DNA of 64,000 nt from Epithemia pelagica (taxonomy: Eukaryota; Protista; Bacillariophyta), in assembly GCA_946965045.2 (NCBI GenBank), contig OX337238.1, positions 2,480,001 through 2,544,000 on the forward strand, written 5' to 3'. Numbering within the stretch: the stretch's first letter is position 1; every line of letters starts with the position of its first letter. Below, piece by piece: positions 1 through 10,700 of this stretch. Below the pieces are notes generated by a model. That model searched no databases and had not been told where the DNA came from. It was given only the letters and a program-made list of their open reading frames with translations. The translations under genes and the position numbers were made by a program.

Positions 1-329
1 GCGTTCGTTCTTGTCAATCAGTCTCTTTTCTTCCACTGGAGAACGCTTGTCTACAAGAGTGGCTTCTTGGATTGTTCGGTGTCTTTCGTCTTCTTCTTCT
101 CGTTGGGAAGACAAACTATGAAGTGTAGGGAAAAGGAACCTCTATGATCGATATGCGAGAGAAAAGGTCTTGCAACAACACAGAAACGGCTCTCGTTTGG
201 TTGAAAGACATGCCGCACCTTTTTGTGCTCGGATTGTACCTGCTGTTTGAAGCTAGGTGCCTCTCACTCTCTAGCTGCCTAGCTAGAGCTCACTCTCTAG
301 AGGAGGAAATAGCTGCCTACCGGAAGCTA

Positions 330-730
330 GAGACGGATTGAATCAAAAGGGTATCATGGGAGGAGCACAAAAGACAGTTTTGCTCTCATCCGAGCTCTCT
401 ATACAGCCCGAACCGAGACACGTGACGATGTGATGGTCCGCAATCGAAACAAAAAGGATCGGGAACACTGTCTGTGCGGTTGTGGGGCTGCGCTTCTCTC
501 TTTCCTACATTGTGCGAGAGAGAGAGAGACAAGGTGAATCTAAGATCAGTAGATAGAAATACGCAGCCAACACGTGTAAACGGAGTAAATGTGGAACAAT
601 ACAGAATACAGCATAGGAGTAGATTTGAAGTCATCGTCCTGGTACAACGATCGATTCTCTTAATCTACCTACTCTACCTTGTTTTGATTGGTGCAGCCAT
701 ACCGAGGGACATTTCCATCGGCGTGCCACC
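330..730 (+). pseudogene. Diverged paralogue of the unknown 'family B' ORF at 27948-28541
   Basis: Shares blocks such as catgggaggagcacaa, tgtggggc and ccgagggacatttccatcggcgtgccac with 28170-28512; no continuous ORF here. Confidence 0.55.
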
Positions 731-1453
731 CGATTGTTCAATTCTATGCATACAAAGACACTATTATTATCATTCATCCTCAATATGAGTCATAAAATAT
801 GCAGAAATTGCAATGAATGTGCGATTGCCAGCTTCACTAAAGCTGACTGGCGCTCCTATCCAAAATACCGAGAATCCAGATATCTCCAAGTTCCAAGTAG
901 TGACTTCAAAGCTAAATTATACCTCCGTCGATACCATTTTTCGAAAAGATGGTGCAGAGTGCAGAGTGCAGACAACCAAAAAATTGTAAAACTAAAAACA
1001 TCCAACATACAAGATACAATAAGCAATAATTGTCAGGCTTAAGGCCCGAGGAAAATACATGGAGTATGGATTAAAACCTGAAATCTATCTTGAAACTTTG
1101 TTGGATGATTCTGTAGACTTTTGGAGATAAATCATATTTCTAATATTGTATTGTATTCTACAGAGTCGCGCGGGCATCTCCTACGATCACGCAAGACTCG
1201 CCACTCTCGCCACTTTCAATCCTTCACACCCCATCTGTTGCATCCCATATGGATTAAGAAGGGCAACATATTCTTATCGTGATGTATTACGTGATTCGGC
1301 GCCAATCGAGATTTCGTGTGAGCACACGAATTGCTTGGTTGCGATTTTGATTGATCGTCATGGTACCGTTAATCCTGGTTCCTGTTTCATCCCAGTAGCA
1401 AAGCATTCATTCAATAGCGCCAGCGCCAGCGCGAGGAAGAAACACCCTGTACC

Positions 1454-2412
1454 ATGAGCGCGGTGAATGAAACGCCCACCGTTTCGGATGATGGCCTTTC
1501 GGTAGGTTCCTCCTCATCAGCAAGTCTTCACTCGGCCTCCACCGAACACATCTTGCTCCCGCTGGTTTCCCTCATCGTGGATAGTCCTCCTACCGAAAAC
1601 GACGAGCATTCCTCTGGTCGACGCATTCCACTGCCGGTGGAAATCGTGATGAAGAAATCAGGTCAGTACTTTCATCATTGTCAGTGTTTCACTGACAAAC
1701 CCACGTCCAGTGCATGCGAGTTGAGTCTCACCAAAGATCGAATCAATCGTCATGGCATTTTGCAGGCGCTGATTCCGATACAATTGCCTCTCTGAAACAA
1801 GAGCTGGTAAAAGCGAAGTACAAGTTCGAGTTCATGCAAAAACAATGGCAGGAGAGGATGGCACAAATGAAAGCACAAATGAAAGCACAAATGGAAGCAA
1901 TGGAAGAACAATGGCACGCAAAAGCCACTGAGGTGGTGAATCTACAAACAGAATTGAACCTGGAACGACGAAAATCCGCACATACAGAGCTCATCATGGC
2001 TGCCCTGGATCGCCACGAAATTGCAGATTCGCTGCAAATCTTTACAGATGGTTCCAAGTCTATTACGACTTCGAGTGGGATGTCAGCTGACTCAGATATG
2101 GGAACGGCTGAAGCACAGGCGGAGATCAGTGAGATCTACTCGGAGATGGCTGTCTGGCTTAACAACGTGATCAGCAACAGAGGAGTGGTGGACGATATCC
2201 TCAAGCCTGTCGAAATGATCGCTCAGGCTGTTGTCATCGCAGCTAAATTGGTAAAGACCGACCAATCCGTTGATCATTCTATCGAGAGCTCGAAGAAGCA
2301 AAGTCATGAACACCCCAAGAGCGACGGTAGTCACGGTACGGATTCACGACATGACAGCAAAAGTCCCGATTCTAATGCAACAACGGCTGCTTATCATATG
2401 GGGTACAAGTAG
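1454..2412 (+). CDS. Coiled-coil protein, family A copy 1, join(1454..1661,1766..2412), ~284 aa
   Basis: A 104-nt GT..AG intron (GTCAGT...TTTGCAG) joins ORF MSAVNETP... in frame to the coiled-coil ORF (KKSG|ADSDTIASLKQ). The intron sits at the same place in the paralogues at 26945, 39573 and 47285. Confidence 0.75.
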
Positions 2413-2906
2413 TGCATATGCTGTTGACACGGTGATGGGGAGAAACTGTGTTCGAGCGGTACTACAGTACCAGCTATCATACAGCACGACCATGTTTTGG
2501 AACATTATATAGCATCATAAGACCCAAAGTGTCATTCTTAGAGATAGAGCATTTAACATAGTGTCCCTAGACCCAAAGAGTCATACCTAGAGATGGCACG
2601 AGTCTGACAAAAGAGGCCAGCGGGGTGTGGTGGCCGATAGAATTCTCGTGGTACGCGATTCGTCAACAATTCCAGCAAGAGCTGATTCTCTGGATCCATC
2701 AAGCCGTCATTATGGGGCATTCTTCCGCCCTCTTCCGGTCCTTGACCATTCACGCGAGCGATGCCCCGCAAAGGCGGTTGTACCACAAAATGATAAAGTT
2801 GTACTTGTTCGGGGAGACCAGCCCTGCACTTAATTCGAATAAGACGGCCACGGGTTACGGAGCCCCTCGCAGTGGTATTAATATCTAGACCATGCCAATT
2901 TGCGAG

Positions 2907-2982
2907 GATCGATGGAATTCCTTATCGTGTTGATTTTTTGGTTTGGCTGCACTTTTGATTGTTGAGAAATTGAATGTTCCTC
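2907..2982 (+). pseudogene. 3' fragment of a family C gene (hydrophobic MEFLIxLIFGL tail)
   Basis: Strong similarity to 18340-18415 and to the reverse complement of 50035-50112. Confidence 0.6.
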
Positions 2983-3012
2983 TTGACTGTTTTGATGGCA
3001 GAGTCGTAAATC

Positions 3013-3224
3013 TACTTTAATAGCTGAGGGTGGACGAGGAGGAGCTAGGGTGTGAGGAGTGGCTCAACTCCGAGAAGGGCAATAGCGACGAGGAGTGGAC
3101 TGCCCCTGTGAGATCCGCCTAAGCGGATCGAGGGGGCAGTCCACGACGAGAAGCTATTGCCCGACGAGGAGTTAAGCCACGAGGAGCGCCCTGCGACGAG
3201 GAGTCCCACGGGGCTATTAAAGTA
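3013..3224 (+). other. 212-nt rod-like fold-back element (structured RNA or MITE candidate)
   Basis: Terminal 12-bp IR TACTTTAATAGC/GCTATTAAAGTA, seven nested stems, a central GATCCGC-CTAA-GCGGATC hairpin, and symmetric GACGAGGA/GAGGA internal loops. Confidence 0.8.
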
Positions 3225-4658
3225 TGTTAGCTTCCTTTGTCACAAGGAGTCGTGCCAGCGCACGCTAGGTAATTTTCAGTCTTCCTAAGTGATCGGCTCT
3301 CTCCTTCGATACTTTGAAGTCGAGAGCCAAATTATTATTATACAATTAGGCTGGCCCAACTTTTGATAGGGCACCAGGTAATCTTTAATTGTTTGTAAAT
3401 AGCCATGTCACTTAAGTGATCACATCCGATTACATCGGATGAATAATAACGGTTAATGCTTAAGTAACATTTGTCTTACATTTATGGAAGGCCAATCAAA
3501 CTCCGAGGCGTGCCTCGTTTGTAAATAAGACAACAGAATACTTACGAGTAGAGTCAATGAATGTCCCCCATTACCCCCACGCCTCTTCTCTCCTTTCCCG
3601 TTCCCGACCCGACCCGACCACGACCACTGAATAAACGACACAAACACAACAACAATGGGAAAGCTGACCAAGGTGAGTCCTCCTTCTCCGGGAGGATGGA
3701 GGATGTATCCATAATCCATCCACCAACAAAAGCTCTACCAACTCCCAACTCACAATGATGGTGGATTGTTGCGAATTGCGAACCTCTGTCCATTGTCCAT
3801 TCCTGGCCGTCTTTTGGTTCGTTTTTCGTTTCGGTGTTTGGGTGGTGCTACTTTTTGTTTCTTTTCCCGGGCTATTTTGCATGATTACACTAGAATAAAA
3901 AATCTACGTACAGTAATTTTAGGGGCTTAGGTAGTGTGAGTGTGGGGAGTGACTTACTCCTCAGTGAGTCCTCAGTGAGTGGGGAAGGGTAGGACGACGA
4001 GTGGTAAAGGTAGCCAAGTACGTTCTACAGAGGACCAAATTCTTGTAATAGTGGCCAGTTCTTTGACACACTCTCCCGCGAATGTTGTTGTGATTCATCC
4101 GATTCACTCATTGGATTGGGAAAACTGAGAGGGTCATCAAAAACTGCATGGAAGTAGGATATGATTTGAGCTTGCTGTCGTCATTTTTGTGGATTTCTTC
4201 TATTCTTGAGTTGGAACAGAACGGTTGTTCGATTCCACAAACACTCTGCATGATATAGGAAACGCTAGAGGTATAAGTTGTCCCTTTTGGTTCCTCCGGA
4301 AGTAGAGCCAATCTTTTTTCTTCTCATGGTTGGAACAACAAATAAACGTAAGGACGTGACACTACAAACGGCTGCAAGTCCACAAACGCTATGTCTTTGG
4401 AGGATTCCTTGCGTTCCGTCTCGGGTCGACTGTATACCTTCCAATCAAACAGAGGTAGTTGGGCGCTTGCTGTTCCGTCTCTGGTCCACGGTATGCCACT
4501 GTACCTCCCCATTCCAAAGATGGGGCGCTTGTTGTTCCGTCCACATGATTCACAGTTATTATCCAAGCAACCCCATAGGAACACAAACGAAAATGAATGC
4601 AGGAAGGATCGTCGTTGCCGATCCAACCACTCGTACAGAAATGGTAGAGAACCGCACG

Positions 4659-4925
4659 TCACCCAGAAAAGAGGCACTCTAGTATAGTGTGTTTGGCATG
4701 TTTGTTGTTTCGATTCCAGTCCAACCATTCTCCCACACACATAGAAGGCACTACTCTACCATTCTTGTAGGTGCAAGTGCTCCAATTCCACCGAGAGCTC
4801 GTGTACGGTGAAGTAGAGGTGGCTGTTGGACCACCACCGTCATCATGATGGTCGTCGTCCAGCATGGGACGGATGGTAAGGTTTGTACCTTGGTGATGGT
4901 GACGGGATGTTTTCATGTCCTCGTC
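4659..4925 (-). pseudogene. 3' part of an unknown ORF interrupted by copia element 1; the 5' part starts at 12330
   Basis: Removing the element and one CGTC copy restores KGQELALEIAFGRVFTLKDSDEPHVDDDEDMKTSRHHHQG, homologous to KGQELAALELAFQRVVTLKDPDEPHDDRNESRHHQG in ORF 48512-49249. Confidence 0.7.
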
Positions 4926-5165
4926 TGAATAAATAATCACGGGCGCCCCCTTTGTAACCTACAAAAGGCCTCGCCATGCCTCGCTACGCACCGCCTGGCA
5001 TCGCCCGGCCCCTAGTTATGTGTTCGCTAGTGGGTACCGTGGTCGCTATTTGGCCCCTACGTGAGCGATTTGCCCCCAAAGGGCACCCCTAGTTTAGTCA
5101 TCATAATTTCTGATAGTTTGATTGTTGCAAGCCGTATATTGCGTCTAGCCGTCAGTTTTTATTCA
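4926..5165 (+). repeat. 5' LTR of copia element 1
   Basis: Direct repeat of 12090-12329 (239/240 identical), with an 8-bp terminal inverted repeat. Confidence 0.97.
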
Positions 5166-5660
5166 GTTTATCAGACCCAAGTCTGTTGTTTCCCCACTGT
5201 TCGCCGGACGGCAAGCGCCTGATCAACGCTCGGGAGTTGTTCGCGCTAAGCGGCTTCGTCACTCGCTCGCTTGCGTCATCTCTGTGACTCGTTTCTGTCA
5301 CTGTGGGACCCACTCGCTAATTTGTGACTTGCGACTGCACAACGTACCGTGCACGTGCTCGTACACGTGGACTGTCCATCCACGCGCCCCGTACGACTCA
5401 ATTATATAAGCCTGCTGGCTTTTGACACGTGCCTGCTTGCTCGCGGAATCGCCGGTTCGCCGACTCGCGGATTCGCCGATCGCTAGCTCGCTCGCTCGCG
5501 GAATCGCCGGACGACTACTCGCCGATTCACTCGCAGATCGTTGGCTCACAGAAATTCGCTCCTCTCATCACAATTGCAAATTTCTGCACAAGAACAAGCC
5601 TTCCCTTGCCATCCGTTTGACCTTCTACTACCCTCCTACCCTTCATCCGACCCTTGAACC

Positions 5661-7731
5661 ATGGCCGCAAATGCCTTCCGTACTGCACTGGGCCGCTGTG
5701 GCTACGACAATGCTACCGTTGGGTACCTAACGCAACAGGGCTTCACGACAACGGATCAGTTCCTGGAGTTTCCTATCAACGAAGTAAAGCCCATGCTGAA
5801 GACACTAGCCAAGAACCTACCTTGTCACCCTACCCTACCAATTCAACCTCAAGTTCCTTGGCTTCCGAATGTGGTTGGAATACCATTCTGTCCGTGGTCA
5901 GGACCTTGATGCTGGTGCTTATACTGGTGACGTAATCACCAAGTGGATGAGACGCGTAATGGAACTCGCGAATGCCACCACCACTGATGGTCAGGATGAC
6001 CCAGTACCACCCAAAAGGCTAACGAACCTTGCCGATTGGGAACGTCACGACGGAATGTGGCGCACGTACTTGGGTCAGCACCGTAATCCGACAACGGGAG
6101 TGCCGCTCACCTACGTATTGCGTGAGGAGTCCGACGTACCGGACGACGCACTAACCGCCGATTACGACTGCATTGACGACGACCTAGTCGCGACCACTCG
6201 TCATGAGGGGGACCAGTACAAAGCCGACCGACGCAGAGTGTATGAGCTGTACTACCCTCTTATTTACGATGGTCCGGCATGGACGTTTGCTAAAACGCAT
6301 GCAAAATCAAAGGACGGCCGCGAGGCCTACCTAACCGTCAAGCGGCAAGCCACTGGACAGGCCGCGAGCATTCTGCGCAAGAAACAAGCTTATGCGCAAA
6401 TCGCAAATGCTAAGTTTACAGGAAGAGGGAAGTACCGCTTCCATGACTACATTCACCGTCACCAACACGCGCACAACACCCTGGAAGAGCTTGGCGAAAC
6501 GGTCGGGGAAACGAAAAAAGTGACCGATTTCATGAATGGGATCACCGATCCGACGCTCGTCCAAGCAAAGACCGTCGTCAACGGTGACCAGGAGAAGTTG
6601 GAGAACTTCGAAGCGTGCCAGCAATACTTCTTGACTGTGCACAGTGCCGCCAAAACCGAAACGCAGGACGACTCTCGCAAGATCGCCGCTGCTAGTACCA
6701 CCCCAAGCAAAGGAAAGGGCAAAGGGCGCAATCAGAAAAAGAGCAAGAAAAAGAAGGACCGCGTTCATGCTGGTCACTACGATGCCGACGAATGGGCAGA
6801 CCTGACGGAGGACGAACGCAAACAAGTCCAGGCTCTTCGCAAAGAGCGCAAAGAAAAGCGGAAGCTTGGATCCGTCACCACAGACGACTCTTCCAACGCA
6901 TCGTCGAAGAGGTCGAAAACGTCGCATGGGAGTACTGCTGAGGACGCAATCTCAGTAGACATTGATGACGACGCTAAGCCTGAGGCTAAGACCAACGTAT
7001 CGGTCATTATGGAAGTAGACGAGAACTTGCTTGACTCCTCTGTTGACAACGTACCGTCGCCAGACAAGCACTCTAAGTTCCGCACTTCCGCCCCACCTGC
7101 AGAATCATCCGAAGATGATTCGCAGCCGACAAAGTCCTCAGCTGGCAACAGCTTTGGACGTTTCGCGCATAAGGCTAAAGCACAACCGAACGAACCCGGA
7201 TCTGCGTCCGTCAAATCCGTACGTACTCGCCCCATGGGGGAATACGAGACCTATCCACCGATGTGGCAATGGGAAGAGGACGGACGTCCCGATATGAGTC
7301 ATATGACCATCCCGCCAGTCCCGGAACACGGCGACATCTTTGTGAAGCTGCCGCTACCGGTCAAAGGCAAGTATGCTGAAGGGCCTCGCAACGTCCGCTC
7401 ACTTACCAAGCATGACCAAAGTATGCTGAAAGGAAGCTTCTGCGAAGAGATCGACACTATTGTACACAATAGTCCAATTTGGTCTTGGCGCTGGTCTAAA
7501 ATGTCAGGCTATGAACGAGAAGAGCGCCAAATGTACCATGTGTGCAAACGCTTAGCCGAGCACACGGAAGTGTTCGACGAAGCTTTGAAATACACTATGC
7601 TTGCCAATGGACAATTGGCTGCCGCAGAGCGAAGGCGTAATGTATGCGGTCGTTATTCCGCCGATCTTGAATTTGATGTCCGTGACCCCAATGTCTCTGA
7701 CAAGTCTGCCGACAAGTCTAATTCCTCCTGA
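5661..7731 (+). CDS. gag: Gag of element 1, with a frameshift near 5810-5825 and a long C-terminal extension
   Basis: MAANAFRTALGRCG... (5661) continues in another frame as VTLPYQFNLKFLGFRMWLEY...; CoDi-like PLTYVLR, KKVTDFMNGI and GHYDADEW motifs. Confidence 0.85.
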
Positions 7732-7737
7732 TGGAGT

Positions 7738-10700
7738 GTGCCCTGTGTATCCGCTGCCGAAGCAGTAAAAATTGATAAAACGAATCTTATTGTTCAATCG
7801 AATGCACACGTAGGCACCCATTATAGTTACTCTAAACGTTTCGCACATCGTCTATGTGCTATGAACACCGACGAATATGGTGTTGAGACCGTTGAGCTCA
7901 CCTGTGAGTTGGACTCACATGCGGACACCTGTGCCGTGGGAAGAGACTTCGTAATGCTCTCCGAAGCCCACCGCTATATCAGTGTGCATCCGTTCGCGGA
8001 GGAATATAACCCGCTGACCAATGTCCCTATTGCGACTGTTGCTACTGTCTGGACTGACAGCGAAAACCAGTCTTACTTGCTTGTTATCCACCAAGCATTG
8101 TTTTTAGGGGACCGTATGGGCAGTTCGTTACTCTGTCCGAACCAGATGCGTGCCCATGGCATCGTTGTCAACGACGTACCTAAACAGTTTGACCCGCACA
8201 GCACGCATAGTATCCACGTACCGGATGCCGATCTCACTATCCCGCTCACCATGGCTGGTGTGATAAGTGGTTTCGCCACTCGCAAACCCACTTCTGACGA
8301 GCTGGAACACTTGCCACAAGTTGTGCTAACTGCCGATAGCCCATGGCAACCTCGTTCTACCGCCTTTGCGGACGCGGAGGAGAAACTGGGTGTAGCTGCC
8401 GCTACTGTCGTTCGCAATGGCGATCCGAATTCGATTGCCGCATCCTCCATTCCACGACTCATCAAAGCAGTGCGAACGTACCAGCATGCTTTTGCCAATC
8501 CATCACCCGATCTGGACGCCGACGCACAAGGCGACGACCTATACGAACGCTTGATAGCGACGGTCACTGTCCATCCAGAGAAGGAGGAGCCTGATGTAGT
8601 CCCGGAGGACAAACGTGAACGTCGGCTGTACATGATCAAGACTGCTAACGAGTCTTCCCCAGCCGATCCTGCTGGAAAGGGAGTGCTTGACGCAGCCGTA
8701 CTGTCACAACGTTGGGGCATTGGTTTACCCAAAGCGAAGAATACGCTTAAAGTGACGACGCAGGCTGGAGTACGAAACGTATTAATCCCATCTGAGCGTA
8801 AGGTCCGTAAGAAGGCACCGTGGCTCAAATTCCCCAATGTGAAAGGCCGTTGGTTCTCGGACGAGATGTTTGCCAAGGAAGTTTCACTGAACGGGGACAC
8901 GGGCGCCTCGATCTTTACAGACGGCAAAGGATTCGACCACGTTTATCCCTGGAAGTCGAAAAAGCAACATCCTGAAGGATTGATGTCTTTGATTCACAAT
9001 GTAGGGATTCCCCAAACAATGGTATCTGATGGTGCCCGAGAATTGTTCCTAGGGAAGTCCCGTGAAATATGCAACGAGTACCGCATAAAGATGGAGAAAA
9101 CGGTTCCTTATAGTCCATGGCAGAACGCCGCCGAAGCGAGCATTCGTGAACTAAAAAAGGGAGTTGTCAAGATTATGAGGACAACCGGCGCACCACGACG
9201 TTTATGGAGCTATGCTCTTAAATGGTGCTCACACGTACGGCAACTCACGGCATCCGATATCCCTGAATTAGATGGACGTACACCGTTCGAGCATGTAATT
9301 GGCTCAACGCCAGACATCTCTCCATTAGCCATGTTCCAATTCTATCAGCCGGTGTATTATCGCATGCCCATGGCACAGTTTCCCTTCGAAAAAAGACTGA
9401 TAGGCCGATGGTTGGGTTTAGCCGATGATTGCACCGATGATATGGCCTATGAAATCCTAACGCAAGAGGGCAATCATGTCACACGAAAAGATGTGTGGGC
9501 CATTCCGGAAGACGACCTGAAGAATCCGACGATTCATCAGCAGTTGTTGGACTATGATGTCGCTATTCAAACGCAAATGAAAGAGCCGCCATCTGATGGC
9601 ACAACTGGGAGCGATCCACCCCCAGACCTCTTTGACGAAGGTGAACTTCTAGAGCCCTTGTTCCCAGAGGCTGAAGCCCTGGAATCCGACGCGTACACGC
9701 CGGAGGAACTAGACGAATATCTCACCGCTGAAGTCATGCTGCCGCGAGGAGGTGAAAGCGCTCGAGCGAAAATCATTGGACGCACGAAAGATGCTCATGA
9801 GCGACCTATTGGTGAGCGCGACGCCAACCCAATCCTTGATACCCGGTACTACGATGTACAGTTTCCGGATGGATCGGTCGAGTCGTATGCAACCAATATG
9901 ATCGCAGAGAATCTGTATTCGCAAGTTGACCCGGAGGGTAATGCGTTCAACACATTGAAAGCCATTGTGGGGCACCGTAGTGATGAGACCGCAGTTAAGC
10001 GAACAGACGCATCGTTCCTTGACGGCACATCACACCACACAACGAAAGGCTGGGAATTGCAATGTGAACTGTCCGATCAATCGACTGTTTGGCTGCCGCT
10101 CAAAGACGTCAAGAATGGAAATATGATTGAAGCCGCCGAATACGCAGTATCCACTGGCATCGCAAAAGAGCCTGCTTTCGCATGGTGGGTCCCACGTGCA
10201 CTTCGCAAACGAGACCGCATTATCAAAAAGGTTAAGTCACGTTATTGGAAGCGAACGCACAAGTATGGCATTGAGTTGCCCCACTCTGTGGAAGAAGCCC
10301 TGGCGATTGACCGTCGAACGGGGACTGACTTCTGGCGTAAGGCTATTGAGAAAGAAATGAAGAACGTTGGCATTGCTTTCGAATTTCCAGCTGATGGCGA
10401 AGTGCCTTCTGGATACAAGCATATTCCCTGTCATATGGTTTTTGACATCAAATCAGACCTGCGACGAAAAGCACGGTTAGTGGCCGGAGGCCACAAAACT
10501 GATCCACCCAAAGAATCGACCTATTCTAGTGTGGTATCACGCGATAGCGTACGCATTGCTTTTACTATCGCTGCACTAAATGGTCTTGATGTTCTCGTCG
10601 GGGACGTGCAAAACGCATATCTCAACGCACCGACTAAAGAGAAGACCTATACCACCGCGGGACTCGAATTTGGACCAGATAAGGTTGGACAACCTGCACT

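Noticed and set aside
2590-2890. Possible degraded SET-like or other coding remnant
   Set aside because: Multiple stops and no motif convincing enough to name.
3033-3203. CRISPR-like reading of the periodic GACGAGGAG repeats
   Set aside because: Repeats are only 5-9 nt, the spacers are complementary to each other, the context is eukaryotic, and there are no cas genes.
3013-3224. Hammerhead or other known ribozyme in the rod
   Set aside because: No complete CUGANGA...GAAA core was found on either strand by eye.
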